Shown: in pieces, positions 11,051 through 21,034 of the stretch | Layout: each line of letters opens with the position of its first letter | How positions within the stretch are numbered: the first letter of the stretch is position 1 | Made by a program: the position numbers and the translations under genes | NCBI GenBank assembly: GCA_030827595.1 | Contig: JAURED010000003.1 | Location: forward strand, 29,985-93,984 | Source of the DNA: Burkholderiales bacterium | Lineage (GTDB): Bacteria; Pseudomonadota; Gammaproteobacteria; Burkholderiales; Methylophilaceae | Reading direction: 5' to 3' | Length of the DNA: 64,000 nucleotides | Notes under the pieces: model-generated | Databases searched by the model: none | The model's input: only the letters and a program-made list of their open reading frames with translations | Told to the model about the DNA's origin: nothing

Positions 11051-11896
11051 ATGCAAAAATTTTTAATCTTTAGAGATGATTTTGAAGAATTTATTAATAA
11101 AAATCATGTTTCATTTGATCAATCTGAAATTTCAGTTTTAAGTTCTGATTTTTTATCATTTGATAGCACTTCAAGATTTTATAATGAATATTCAGGTTTG
11201 CTAAAAAAATTGAATATACAATTTTTTAATGACATTAATAAAACTCTTTCCAATTATAAAATGTTGGTTTGTGATATGGATTCCACTTTAATTCAAAATG
11301 AATGCATAGATGAAATTGCTGATCTTATAAATCTTAAGAAAGAAATTGCTGAGATCACGGAGCAAACTATGATGGGTCATTTAAGTTTTGATGAGAGTAT
11401 AAAAAAACGTGTTTCATTACTTAAAGGTATAAATGTAAGCGCTTTTGAAAAGATCATTAATGAAAAAATAAAACTTCAACCTTATGTTATGGAGTGGATC
11501 GATTATGTAAAAAAATTTAATTTGAAAACAATTATTGTATCGGGTGGATTTACTTATTTTGTTGAGTTTGTTAGAAATGCTTTGAAAATGGACCATGCAT
11601 ATGCCAATGAACTTCAGATAGTCGATGGCGTTTTAACTGGTAAATTAAATGGGGATATTATAAATGCAGAAAAAAAAGCTAATATTATTAAAGCACTCTC
11701 TCATCAATTTGGATTTAAAAGTGATGAAGTTATATCGATTGGTGATGGCGCAAATGATTTGTTAATGTTTAAAGAATCGGGTTTAAGTATTTCTATGCAC
11801 GGTAAACCGATATTAAACGATTTTGTAGATTGGACGGTTCGACAAAATTACTTTTTAACTTTAATTAAACTATTTGAATTTTACGAATCAAGATAA
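11051..11896 (+). CDS. serB: Phosphoserine phosphatase
   Basis: HAD motifs DMDSTLI..ECIDE, VSGGF, GDGAND. Confidence 0.93.
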   Translation: MQKFLIFRDDFEEFINKNHVSFDQSEISVLSSDFLSFDSTSRFYNEYSGLLKKLNIQFFNDINKTLSNYKMLVCDMDSTLIQNECIDEIADLINLKKEIAEITEQTMMGHLSFDESIKKRVSLLKGINVSAFEKIINEKIKLQPYVMEWIDYVKKFNLKTIIVSGGFTYFVEFVRNALKMDHAYANELQIVDGVLTGKLNGDIINAEKKANIIKALSHQFGFKSDEVISIGDGANDLLMFKESGLSISMHGKPILNDFVDWTVRQNYFLTLIKLFEFYESR

Positions 11897-11926
11897 AAAA
11901 AAGCATCTTTAAATAAAGATGCTTTT
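11897..11926. terminator. Bidirectional intrinsic terminator
   Basis: AAAAGCATCTTT-aaat-AAAGATGCTTTT hairpin between the convergent serB and ankyrin genes. Confidence 0.8.
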
Positions 11927-11947
11927 CGAAAAAAAATAAATTTTAAG

Positions 11948-12427
11948 TTAGAAGCATTTACCTTCGCAACCTTCTTCACTAACTCCTAAGGTCAATAAAT
12001 ATTTAGCCATATCAGTTTTACCATCTTCTTTTAATGCTCTAATTATTGATACATCACCTTTTAATTTTTTATTAATATCCCCACCTTTTTCAGCAATGTA
12101 TTTAGCCATTTCTTTGTTACCATTAAATGCTGCATGGTGAAATCCATTCATTCGTGTTACCGGATGGACATAATTTACATCAGCACCTTTTTCTGTCAAA
12201 TATTTTAAGATTTCAAATTGATTTTTTGCGGCTGTAATAAGGAATGGGGTCCACGCAAAATATTTATCTTCAAGGGGAACTCCTTTTTGCTCTACGTATT
12301 TTTGGACAGTTTTTAAATCACCATCATTGAGAGCTCCAGTGAATTCGAGCTCTTCTGGATCTGATAACCCAGCAAAGGCATGAATACTAAAAAATAATAC
12401 AATAAATAAACCTAGTAACTTCTTCAT
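11948..12427 (-). CDS. Small exported ankyrin-repeat protein
   Basis: Signal peptide MKKLLGLFIVLFFSIHAFA; repeats WTPFLITAAKNQFEILKYLTEKGADVN and MNGFHHAAFNGNKEMAKYIAEKGGDIN; C-terminal CEGKCF. Confidence 0.85.
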   Translation of the reverse strand: MKKLLGLFIVLFFSIHAFAGLSDPEELEFTGALNDGDLKTVQKYVEQKGVPLEDKYFAWTPFLITAAKNQFEILKYLTEKGADVNYVHPVTRMNGFHHAAFNGNKEMAKYIAEKGGDINKKLKGDVSIIRALKEDGKTDMAKYLLTLGVSEEGCEGKCF

Positions 12428-12434
12428 AATTTTC

Positions 12435-15400
12435 CTAACTATTATTTAAAAAATAAAGTGCATTAGTAAACATCTTAAACCATGGCCCGTATCCGTCTGA
12501 TCTATCTTTAGACCAAGTATGCTGATCTTTCCTGAACACTCTTTCAGGGTGTGGCATCATGATATTAAACCGTCCATCATCATTTGTGAATCCTGTAACC
12601 CCCTTAATAGAACCATTAGGGTTAAAAGGAAAAGATGAAGTTTCCTTATGCTCGTTTGTGACATATTGTAATGTAATTTGTTCCATTTGACTTAATTTGT
12701 TTAAATCTTCTGATCTTTCAAAAGAGGCTCTTCCTTCACCATGTGCTGTGATCACAGGAATAACTGATCCAGCCATGTCTTTGAAGAAAATTGAATTCGT
12801 TTTTGGTATTTTTACGGACACCACTCTTGACTCAAATTGGTCAGAGGTATTTTTAACAAATTTTGGCCAAAATTCTGTACCTGGAATTATGCTTTTTAAA
12901 TTGGAGAGCATTTGACATCCATTACAGACTCCGAGAGCAATGGTATTATTTTTCTCAAAAAATCTAATGAATTGCTCTTTCAGAGTAGGATTATTTAATA
13001 TAACTTTTGACCAGCCTTCACCGGCACCCAAAACATCACCGTATGAAAATCCACCACAAGCAACTAAAGCTCTTACATCTAATAAATTGAAGTGACCAGA
13101 GAGAAGATCTTGCATGTGAACATCGATTGATTCAAATCCCGCATAATGAAATGCTGCTGCCATTTCATAGTGACCATTGACTCCTTGTTCTCTGAGAACT
13201 GCAATTTTTTGTTTAGATTTATGATGAATATTTGGAAAATCTAATTTAAAGGATAAAGATTCATTGATACCGGGATCATTATCGTTAAAAATTGTTTCCA
13301 GCTCCTCTTTCGCTAATTCTGAATTATCCCGTAAGGATTGAATATGAAAACTATTTTGGGACCAAAGCGCCTCTAAGTTTGCTCTGCTATCAACAAACAC
13401 TTGATCATCATGTTTAATTCTGATTTCTTGAGATTTATTTGTTTTACCAATATAAAAAATATCCTTAATACCTTTGCTCTTAAATAAGTCTATTATGTAT
13501 TGTTGTTTATCCTTATTAACTTGGATAACCGCTCCAAGCTCCTCTGCAAATAAAATTCTATTAAATTCACAGGAAATTTCTGATAAATCTATATCTAAGC
13601 CTGATCTTGAGGCAAAAGCCATTTCACACAAAGTTGCGAAAAGTCCACCATCTGAGCGATCATGGTAGGCGTTAATTAAACCTGCCTCAATTAAATACTG
13701 AATTGCATAGGAAAAATTAATCAATAGATCGGGATTATCTAAATCAGGAGCAATTGCAGTAGTTTGATTCGTAACTTGTTCAGCAATTGAAGCGCCGGTT
13801 CTATATTGATTTAAACCTAAGTCAATATATAACATACTAAAGTCGTCCGATATTTCTAAAACGGGAGTCAAAGTTTTGCAAACATTTTGACATTCCGAGA
13901 AGGCTGTTACAACAAGAGACAGCGGTGAGGTAACACTTTCATTATCCCAGGAAGTTTTCATAGACATAGAGTCTTTTCCAACAGGAATAGATATTCCCAA
14001 GGCAGGACATAATTCAATACCGATCGACTTAACAGCTTCAAATAATTTGAAATCCTCCTCATCGTCTCCACTGGCAGCCATCCAGTTGGCAGATAATTTT
14101 ATATTTCTTAAATCTCCGATATATGCACTTAAAATATTTGTAATAGATTCACCAACAGCCATGCGTGCTGATTTTTTTGCATCAATCACGGCGAGGGGAG
14201 AGCGTTCGCCAACAGCAAATGCTTCACCATACTGACTTTCAAATGATAGTTTTGTCACTGCTACATTAGACACAGGAGTTTGCCATGGACCAACCATTTG
14301 ATCCTGAGCAATTAGCCCAGTTACAGATCGATCACCAATATGTATAAGAAATTTTTTAGATGCCACAGATGGATGACTTATAACAAGTTTTGCTGTTGGC
14401 ACTAAATCAAAGGTTGCTGACTTAGGGAGAGATTTAAATGATGGTGTTTTTATATTCTTTTCAGTTTTTGGTGGCTTTCCTAAAAGAATATTAAGATCCA
14501 TATCAACCACATTTTTGCCAAGTAGACTATCTTTTACGAGTAGATGTTTTTTATTAATAGCTTTTCCTACGATGCTGTATGGACATCGCTCTCTTTCACA
14601 AATGGCATTAAAAGTATCTAGCGAATCTTCATTGATCGCTAAAACATATCTTTCTTGTGACTCATTGCACCAAAGCTCATGAGGAGCCATACCTTTTTCT
14701 TCTGTTTGAATTTTGCGAATATCAAACTCAGCACCCACACCTCCATCATTAATAAGCTCAGGGAATGCATTAGACAAACCTCCGGCACCTACATCATGAA
14801 TACTCAAAATAGGGTTTGATTTTTTTAATTGCCAACATCGATCAATAACCTCTTGAGCTCTTCTTTGAATTTCAGGATTACCTCGTTGAACTGATGCGTA
14901 ATCTAAATCTTCCTCGTTTGATCCACTATTCATGCTTGATGCTGCCCCACCTCCGAGACCAATTAGCATTCCTGGTCCGCCGAGTTGCACCAATAATACA
15001 TTTTCATTTAATGTTTTTTTATGTGTATGCTCATCACTTATATTTCCAACTCCTCCAGCTAACATGATGGGTTTGTGATAACCATATTTTTTACCGTTAA
15101 CTTCTTGTTCGTATACCCTAAAGTAACCGGCAATGTTTGGTCTTCCAAATTCGTTATTGTAAGCAGCCCCACCTATAGGGCCCTCCATCATAATATTTAA
15201 GGGGGATGAAATATGAGCTGGTTTAGAAGGCTTTTTTTCCCATGGGTATTTGAGTTCAGGAATATTTAGATTAGATACTGAAAATCCTGTTAATCCAGCC
15301 TTTGGTTTTGATCCTCGCCCGGTGGCTCCTTCATCTCTTATCTCTCCACCACTTCCTGTAGCAGCTCCAGGAAATGGCGATATTGCAGTTGGGTGATTAT

Positions 15401-16304
15401 GTGTTTCCACTTTCATTAAATAGTGTGTTTTTTCGATATGAGCTTTATATACATTATTTTGCGACGGATAAAAACGTGCTATTTCTTTTCCTTCAATAAT
15501 TGATGAATTATCAGAATAAGCAACAACGGTTTTGTGAGGATTTTTTTGATGAGTATTTCGAATCATTCCAAAAAGTGAATCTTCTTGTTGTTTGTTATCA
15601 ATGATCCACTTTGCATTAAATATTTTATGCCGACAATGCTCTGAATTTGCTTGAGCAAACATCATGAGTTCAGCATCTGTTGGATTTTTTTTAATTTTAA
15701 AAAAATAATCAATTAAATATTGTATTTCTTCTTCTGATAGAGCTAATCCATTTTTTTGATTATAGTTGACTAGCTCATCTCTTCCTTTTTGAAGAATATC
15801 AATTTCATTTAAGGATTTTGGGGAGTTTTCAGTAAATAATTTTTCTGCATCTTTTAAATTATACACAACAGTTTCGGTCATCCGGTCCATACACAATGAC
15901 GATATTTGCTCAAGCTGTTCTTTGCTGATACTACAATTGTTTAGCGGTATAAGATGGAAAACAATCCCTCTCTCAATTTTATTGACATCTAAATTACATC
16001 TCTTGGCAATGTCCGTAGCTTTTGATGCCCAAGGTGAAAGAGTTCCAAATCTAGGAATTACTATAAATTTATAATCTGAATGTTTGGGGTGTTTTTTATA
16101 TTCACCATAAGTTAGCAGGCTATCAAGAAGAGTAAGGCTTTCATTTGATGGTGTATCTATAAAACTACTAAAATGAACATACTGTGTTTGAATATCAAGA
16201 ATATTTTTATTAAAGTGTTGAATACGTTTTAATAATTTTTGAAGTTGATTTTCAGATAGTGCAGAGCTACTAAAATGATGATGAATCACGTTTATAAACC
16301 ACAA
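12435..16304 (-). CDS. purL: Phosphoribosylformylglycinamidine synthase, large single-chain type
   Basis: FAQANSEHCRHKIFN, KVETHNHPT, GGFSYGDVLGAG, GVCNGCQM, MMPHPER. Exact start codon uncertain. Confidence 0.97.
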   Translation of the reverse strand: MWFINVIHHHFSSSALSENQLQKLLKRIQHFNKNILDIQTQYVHFSSFIDTPSNESLTLLDSLLTYGEYKKHPKHSDYKFIVIPRFGTLSPWASKATDIAKRCNLDVNKIERGIVFHLIPLNNCSISKEQLEQISSLCMDRMTETVVYNLKDAEKLFTENSPKSLNEIDILQKGRDELVNYNQKNGLALSEEEIQYLIDYFFKIKKNPTDAELMMFAQANSEHCRHKIFNAKWIIDNKQQEDSLFGMIRNTHQKNPHKTVVAYSDNSSIIEGKEIARFYPSQNNVYKAHIEKTHYLMKVETHNHPTAISPFPGAATGSGGEIRDEGATGRGSKPKAGLTGFSVSNLNIPELKYPWEKKPSKPAHISSPLNIMMEGPIGGAAYNNEFGRPNIAGYFRVYEQEVNGKKYGYHKPIMLAGGVGNISDEHTHKKTLNENVLLVQLGGPGMLIGLGGGAASSMNSGSNEEDLDYASVQRGNPEIQRRAQEVIDRCWQLKKSNPILSIHDVGAGGLSNAFPELINDGGVGAEFDIRKIQTEEKGMAPHELWCNESQERYVLAINEDSLDTFNAICERERCPYSIVGKAINKKHLLVKDSLLGKNVVDMDLNILLGKPPKTEKNIKTPSFKSLPKSATFDLVPTAKLVISHPSVASKKFLIHIGDRSVTGLIAQDQMVGPWQTPVSNVAVTKLSFESQYGEAFAVGERSPLAVIDAKKSARMAVGESITNILSAYIGDLRNIKLSANWMAASGDDEEDFKLFEAVKSIGIELCPALGISIPVGKDSMSMKTSWDNESVTSPLSLVVTAFSECQNVCKTLTPVLEISDDFSMLYIDLGLNQYRTGASIAEQVTNQTTAIAPDLDNPDLLINFSYAIQYLIEAGLINAYHDRSDGGLFATLCEMAFASRSGLDIDLSEISCEFNRILFAEELGAVIQVNKDKQQYIIDLFKSKGIKDIFYIGKTNKSQEIRIKHDDQVFVDSRANLEALWSQNSFHIQSLRDNSELAKEELETIFNDNDPGINESLSFKLDFPNIHHKSKQKIAVLREQGVNGHYEMAAAFHYAGFESIDVHMQDLLSGHFNLLDVRALVACGGFSYGDVLGAGEGWSKVILNNPTLKEQFIRFFEKNNTIALGVCNGCQMLSNLKSIIPGTEFWPKFVKNTSDQFESRVVSVKIPKTNSIFFKDMAGSVIPVITAHGEGRASFERSEDLNKLSQMEQITLQYVTNEHKETSSFPFNPNGSIKGVTGFTNDDGRFNIMMPHPERVFRKDQHTWSKDRSDGYGPWFKMFTNALYFLNNS

Positions 16305-16349
16305 ATTAGAATCTTGTATTCTAACAGATTCAATATTAATTTATTATTT

Positions 16350-18077
16350 TCATGAGCTAAAATTGATTAACAATTGGTAAAAACAGAAACTGACAATCCA
16401 AGCTAACACTAATGACCAAAGGAGTGATGTTGCTACTAATCGAATATTTTTTGATTGACTTTTTATAGTGGCGATTGTTGATAAGCAGGGAGTGTAAATT
16501 AAAGTAAAGGTCATAAAACTTAATGCTTGTTGCCAATTTATTTCTGTCTGTAAAATATCTCCCAAGCTATCCATATTGCTAGAGAAAATAACCGCAAGGG
16601 CACCAATAAGAATTTCTTTGGCTATAAATCCAAAAATCAAAGCAATAATTAATTTATCGTTAATACCAATTGGGTCAAAAATAGGACTTAAAAAGCCACT
16701 TATGTGATCAGCGATAGTAACATTTGTAGACACATAAAAATTTGTTAGAAGCCAGACTACAATCACTCCACCTAGAATGAATTTTGATGCTCTTTTAAGA
16801 AAATGGTTTATTTCATGGATAGCTGTGAGTAAAGTTTGTTTGGTTGTGGGTAAACGGTAGGGAGGCATCTCTATCAAAACCGATTCATTTATAGCTTTTT
16901 TATCCTTAAAAATAAGTGCAGTCATGATGATAATGAGGAAGCTTAAAATATACATGAAAAAAAGAACAAGCGCCCCCATTTGAGGACTAAAAAAGATAGC
17001 TGTAAAAAATAAAAATACTTGAAGCCTTGCTGAACAGAGTGAAAAAGGAATTATTAACATTGTTAGAAATCGGGTTGTTTTGGAGCGCATAATTTTTGTA
17101 CTCATTAGTGCAGGGACGTTACATCCGAATCCAAATAAAATCATCACAAAGCTTCTGCCATCTAATCCCATTTTTTCCATGATTTTATCCATAACGAATC
17201 CAGCTCGTGAGAGGTAGCCTGAATTTTCAATAAATGACATAACTATAAAAAAAATAATAATTACTGGAATAAAGGTTAGTACTGTAGTTACTCCCAGATA
17301 AACACCATCGTATAAAAATGATGAAAATAGTTTTGGTAAATGTTGATTTAAAAACAAACTAATTATTTCTCCGACTGAATCAAAAGCTAAGCCCATGAAA
17401 TTTTGAAGCGGCTCTGCAATTCCATAGATAGCTTGAAATAATCCAAAGAGAAGCACAAAGAAAATTGGTAAACCCCAAAAATGATGGAGAAAAAATCTAT
17501 CAAGGGTTTTAGTAATATTGTCATTTGACTGTTTAGGAAATTTTACATATTGATATATTTCATTTTCAACAAGTGGTTTAATTGAAATTTTCTTTTCTAG
17601 AGTTTGTATTTTTTTATTCAAGAATTCATACCCTGATTGAAATTTTGCACTGATTGGATGGATTGGTATCGCTAATCGTTTTTCTAGTTTTTTGTAATTG
17701 ATTTCAATACCATTTTTTTTTGCTTCGTCATTCATGTTGCAAAGCATACGAACTTTAAAACCTAAATTTTTAAATTCTAAAGCTAGATCAATTTGACGAT
17801 CGATTTGTGAGGAGTTGAGAATGAAAAAAATTTCATCAATCTTGTTATGATTTAAAAAATCGTGAACGATAACTTCGTCATCGGAGCCAGATTTGAGAGT
17901 ATATATTCCTGGGAGATCAATAAGCTCAACGATTTCTCCAAAAATTAACGTCTTTATACTTTCAATATCAACAGTAACACCTGACCAATTTGCAACTTTT
18001 GCTGATGCCCCACTAATTGAGTTAAAAAAAGTAGATTTTCCAGAATTTGGCATTCCAATCAGTGCTATTTTTTTCAT
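16350..18077 (-). CDS. feoB: Ferrous iron transporter B, compact 575 aa
   Basis: GMPNSGKST, NWSGVTVD, DLPGIY, GFGCNVPA, CSARL, EMPPYRLP. Confidence 0.93.
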   Translation of the reverse strand: MKKIALIGMPNSGKSTFFNSISGASAKVANWSGVTVDIESIKTLIFGEIVELIDLPGIYTLKSGSDDEVIVHDFLNHNKIDEIFFILNSSQIDRQIDLALEFKNLGFKVRMLCNMNDEAKKNGIEINYKKLEKRLAIPIHPISAKFQSGYEFLNKKIQTLEKKISIKPLVENEIYQYVKFPKQSNDNITKTLDRFFLHHFWGLPIFFVLLFGLFQAIYGIAEPLQNFMGLAFDSVGEIISLFLNQHLPKLFSSFLYDGVYLGVTTVLTFIPVIIIFFIVMSFIENSGYLSRAGFVMDKIMEKMGLDGRSFVMILFGFGCNVPALMSTKIMRSKTTRFLTMLIIPFSLCSARLQVFLFFTAIFFSPQMGALVLFFMYILSFLIIIMTALIFKDKKAINESVLIEMPPYRLPTTKQTLLTAIHEINHFLKRASKFILGGVIVVWLLTNFYVSTNVTIADHISGFLSPIFDPIGINDKLIIALIFGFIAKEILIGALAVIFSSNMDSLGDILQTEINWQQALSFMTFTLIYTPCLSTIATIKSQSKNIRLVATSLLWSLVLAWIVSFCFYQLLINFSS

Positions 18078-18313
18078 AACTCCACCACTCTAATTCGGTT
18101 AGCATCTGATAAGCGGATCATAAAACTTGTGGTGTTAATATTTACACAGATCGGACCTTTTTTATTTTTATGAGTAACTGTTATTATGTTGTTGATTTTT
18201 ACCCCCAAAGCTTCAGCTTTGTTAATAAACCATTCCTCATGATCTATAGCTATGATTTTTGCGGAACAGTTTTGATTAATGTCAGATAAAGTTTTATCGG
18301 TTAATTTCTGCAT
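18074..18313 (-). CDS. feoA: Ferrous iron transport protein A
   Basis: 79-aa FeoA pattern (LGV...GPI.V.I..T...IR..A.RI.V); overlaps the feoB start. Confidence 0.8.
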   Translation of the reverse strand: MQKLTDKTLSDINQNCSAKIIAIDHEEWFINKAEALGVKINNIITVTHKNKKGPICVNINTTSFMIRLSDANRIRVVEL

Positions 18314-19067
18314 TGTCTTTTAATTCTTTAATATGAGCTTTAAGCTTTCTTTTTTTTAATGTCTCTTCAATTTGTTTTTTAACTGTTTCAAGATCTGGAG
18401 GAGGTCTTTTTTTGATCTCATTTATTTTTAATATATGCCAACCAAACTGAGTCTGAAAAGCATCACTTACTTCAGTTGGTTTTAATTTATGAGCTTCTGC
18501 AGAAAAGCTATCAACCATATCTTCATCTTTGAACCAGCCTAAATCCCCCCCATTTTTTGCAGACTCTTTATCCAAAGATAAGTTTTTTGCAATTTCATCA
18601 AATTGTTCACCATTTTTAATTCTTGAATGAATCATTTCAGCCTCGTTTTTTGTTTTCACTAATATGTGCTGACCTTTAAATTCTTTTTTATCAAATTTTT
18701 TTTTGAATGCATCGTATTCTTTTTTGATATCATCTTTTGATATTGGATGGTCTAATAAATATTTTTTCAAATACTCCGTATATGCTAATTCCATATAAGT
18801 TAGCTCAACTTTTGATAAAAATTTTGATTCATTAGTTATCCCTTTTTTTCTAGCAGCATCTGTCATAATTTCAAGTTCTATTAACCTCTCGGTAATATTT
18901 TTCTTCATTTCATCTGTAATTTCTTTACCTTGTAACTCTAGTTCTTTTGAAATAAATTCGATCAGTGCGGGATTAAGATGCTGCTCGTTTACTGTGATTG
19001 AAATTTCTGATTTGGTTGCTGTACAAATTGTAAGAAGGAGTAAGCTAAAAATTGGAAGTATTTTCAT
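18294..19067 (-). CDS. Exported PpiC/parvulin-type peptidyl-prolyl isomerase
   Basis: HILVK, F.EIAKNLS.D..SAKNGGDLGWF, TQFGWHIL; signal peptide. Confidence 0.9.
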   Translation of the reverse strand: MKILPIFSLLLLTICTATKSEISITVNEQHLNPALIEFISKELELQGKEITDEMKKNITERLIELEIMTDAARKKGITNESKFLSKVELTYMELAYTEYLKKYLLDHPISKDDIKKEYDAFKKKFDKKEFKGQHILVKTKNEAEMIHSRIKNGEQFDEIAKNLSLDKESAKNGGDLGWFKDEDMVDSFSAEAHKLKPTEVSDAFQTQFGWHILKINEIKKRPPPDLETVKKQIEETLKKRKLKAHIKELKDNAEINR

Positions 19068-19306
19068 TTTAGTATTTTAATTTGAAGTGCATGAATTTTC
19101 GTAGGTATTAAATCCCCTAAGAGATCATATATTAGCCTATGCGACTCAATTCGAGATTTATCATGAAGAATGGAGCTGTTGATTTTGATTGTGTAATGAC
19201 CGCCCCCATTATTTCCAGAGTGTCCTCGATGAAGATCGGAATCGTCTATGATTTCAAGTTGAGTAGGATGGAGTTTTGCTAATCTTTTTTTTATTTCTAC
19301 TTGCAT
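19064..19306 (-). CDS. bolA: BolA family protein
   Basis: DDSDLHRGH..GGGHY...SRIESHRLIY...IHALQI. Confidence 0.9.
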   Translation of the reverse strand: MQVEIKKRLAKLHPTQLEIIDDSDLHRGHSGNNGGGHYTIKINSSILHDKSRIESHRLIYDLLGDLIPTKIHALQIKILK

Positions 19307-19311
19307 GAGAT

Positions 19312-19611
19312 TTAGGGTAAAACTTTCCTAAATGGTTGAACAGAAAAAGATGCATAGACGCCTGCTATAACATAAGGATCCTCTTGAGCCCATTGCTGGG
19401 CATCCTCAATTGTTTCAAATTCTGCAATAATCAAACTACCCAAATAACCATTAGGACCTGGATCTTCATTATCAATTGCCGGTATCGGCCCAGCCACATA
19501 AAGCCTTCCTTGATTCAGAAGGTCATTTAATCTTTTTAAGTGTTCAGGACGTGTTCGCAATCTTTTCTCTAACGAGTCGGGAACATCTTTACTATGGATT
19601 ACGTACCACAT
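19312..19611 (-). CDS. yciI: YciI family protein
   Basis: R...RPEHL.RL...GRL.VAGP...DPYV.AGVY. Confidence 0.9.
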   Translation of the reverse strand: MWYVIHSKDVPDSLEKRLRTRPEHLKRLNDLLNQGRLYVAGPIPAIDNEDPGPNGYLGSLIIAEFETIEDAQQWAQEDPYVIAGVYASFSVQPFRKVLP

Positions 19612-20135
19612 TACTTTGGCTCCTTTGAAACAAAGATTGCAAGATAAATCATAAATAATATCAATAAGGATGTAATTCCAAATAATTTAAAATTGACCCA
19701 AGTGTTTTCATCAAAATTGAATGCAACATATAAATTCAAGAAACCAATTAAAATCATAAAAACAACCACATTGGTATTTAAAAAATTCCAGCGCTTTTCA
19801 GATAACTGAAATTGCTTACTCATCATTTTTTTCATTAAATTTTTTCTTAAAAAAATTTGACTTCCGAAAAGTGTAAGTGCAATAAGCCAATATATAGCTG
19901 TTGGCTTCCACATGATAAAGGTATTATCTTGGAAAAGAATTGTTAATCCTCCAAGAAAGGTAATCAATAAAGTATTTACAATAACCATTTTCTCAATGGT
20001 TTTTTTTATTGCAAAAGTGACTGCAGCGATAAGAATACTAATTACTATGGCCCATAAAGTTGCTAAAAAAATATCCGAATACTTATAAACGGTAAAAAAA
20101 ACTATCACGGGTAGAAGATCTAAAAAAAATTTCAT
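19611..20135 (-). CDS. yciB: Inner membrane/septation protein YciB (IspZ)
   Basis: MKFFLDLLPVIVFF, FIMWKPT, WVNFKLFG. Confidence 0.92.
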   Translation of the reverse strand: MKFFLDLLPVIVFFTVYKYSDIFLATLWAIVISILIAAVTFAIKKTIEKMVIVNTLLITFLGGLTILFQDNTFIMWKPTAIYWLIALTLFGSQIFLRKNLMKKMMSKQFQLSEKRWNFLNTNVVVFMILIGFLNLYVAFNFDENTWVNFKLFGITSLLILFMIYLAIFVSKEPK

Positions 20136-20182
20136 AATTTAATCACTGACATGTTGAGTAAACTATAGTACATTATTTATTA

Positions 20183-21022
20183 ATGTACATAGTTGATTTG
20201 CACTCACATTCTAACGTATCTGATGGTAATTTAAACCCTGATGATCTAATCTCATATGCTGCTGAAAAAAATGTTGACATGATCGCTTTGACCGATCATG
20301 ACGATATTTCTGGTCTTGATTTGGCTCGTAAAAAAGCAGAGGAGTTAGGAATAAGTTTTATCAATGGCGTAGAAATTTCTGTGACCTGGAGGTCAAGAAC
20401 AATTCATATGCTTGGGCTCAATTTTGATCCAAATAATCAAAACTTAATTAAAGGTCTTGAACGAATTCGTGAAGGAAGAATTGAGCGAGCAAAAAAAATT
20501 GCTTATGGGCTTGCCATGGTTGGAATTCCAAATGCTTTTGAGGGAGCTAAATGTTTTGCTAGCCATCAAGTAATTGGACGTATTCATTTTGCCCACTATC
20601 TGGTGTCAAAAGGATATTCTAAAAATATTAAATCTGTTTTTAACAAGTTCATGACAAAAGGTAAGCCTGGTTATGTTGAGCATCAATGGGCATCTCTCGA
20701 GGATGCGGTGGGCTGGATAAAAAATGCAGGCGGTATTGCTGTTATTGCTCACCCAGGAAGGTATGATATGGGCAAAAAACTTTACCCACAATTTTTTCAA
20801 GAATTTAAAAATTTTGGAGGAGAGGGGATTGAGATAATATCAGGTAGCCAAAGCCTTAATCAGATTGATTATTTTGCCGACTTTGCCCAGCAGTTTGATT
20901 TTTTTGGATCTATTGGTTCGGATTTTCATGGCCATGGAGTTTCTCATCGTGACTTAGGGCCTCTGCATAAGTTACCAGAAAAGATTAAGCCAATATGGAA
21001 TCAATTTACACAGACAAGTTGA
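20183..21022 (+). CDS. yciV: PHP-domain phosphoesterase (YciV/TrpH family)
   Basis: DLHSHSNVSDG, LTDHD, GVEIS, AHPGRY, GSDFHG. Confidence 0.85.
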   Translation: MYIVDLHSHSNVSDGNLNPDDLISYAAEKNVDMIALTDHDDISGLDLARKKAEELGISFINGVEISVTWRSRTIHMLGLNFDPNNQNLIKGLERIREGRIERAKKIAYGLAMVGIPNAFEGAKCFASHQVIGRIHFAHYLVSKGYSKNIKSVFNKFMTKGKPGYVEHQWASLEDAVGWIKNAGGIAVIAHPGRYDMGKKLYPQFFQEFKNFGGEGIEIISGSQSLNQIDYFADFAQQFDFFGSIGSDFHGHGVSHRDLGPLHKLPEKIKPIWNQFTQTS

Positions 21023-21028
21023 TATAAT
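21020..21028 (+). promoter_or_regulatory. Extended -10 promoter (TGnTATAAT) 6 nt before the M50 peptidase ATG
   Basis: TGATATAATctcattATG; the TGA is the stop codon of the upstream gene. Confidence 0.55.
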
Positions 21029-21034
21029 CTCATT

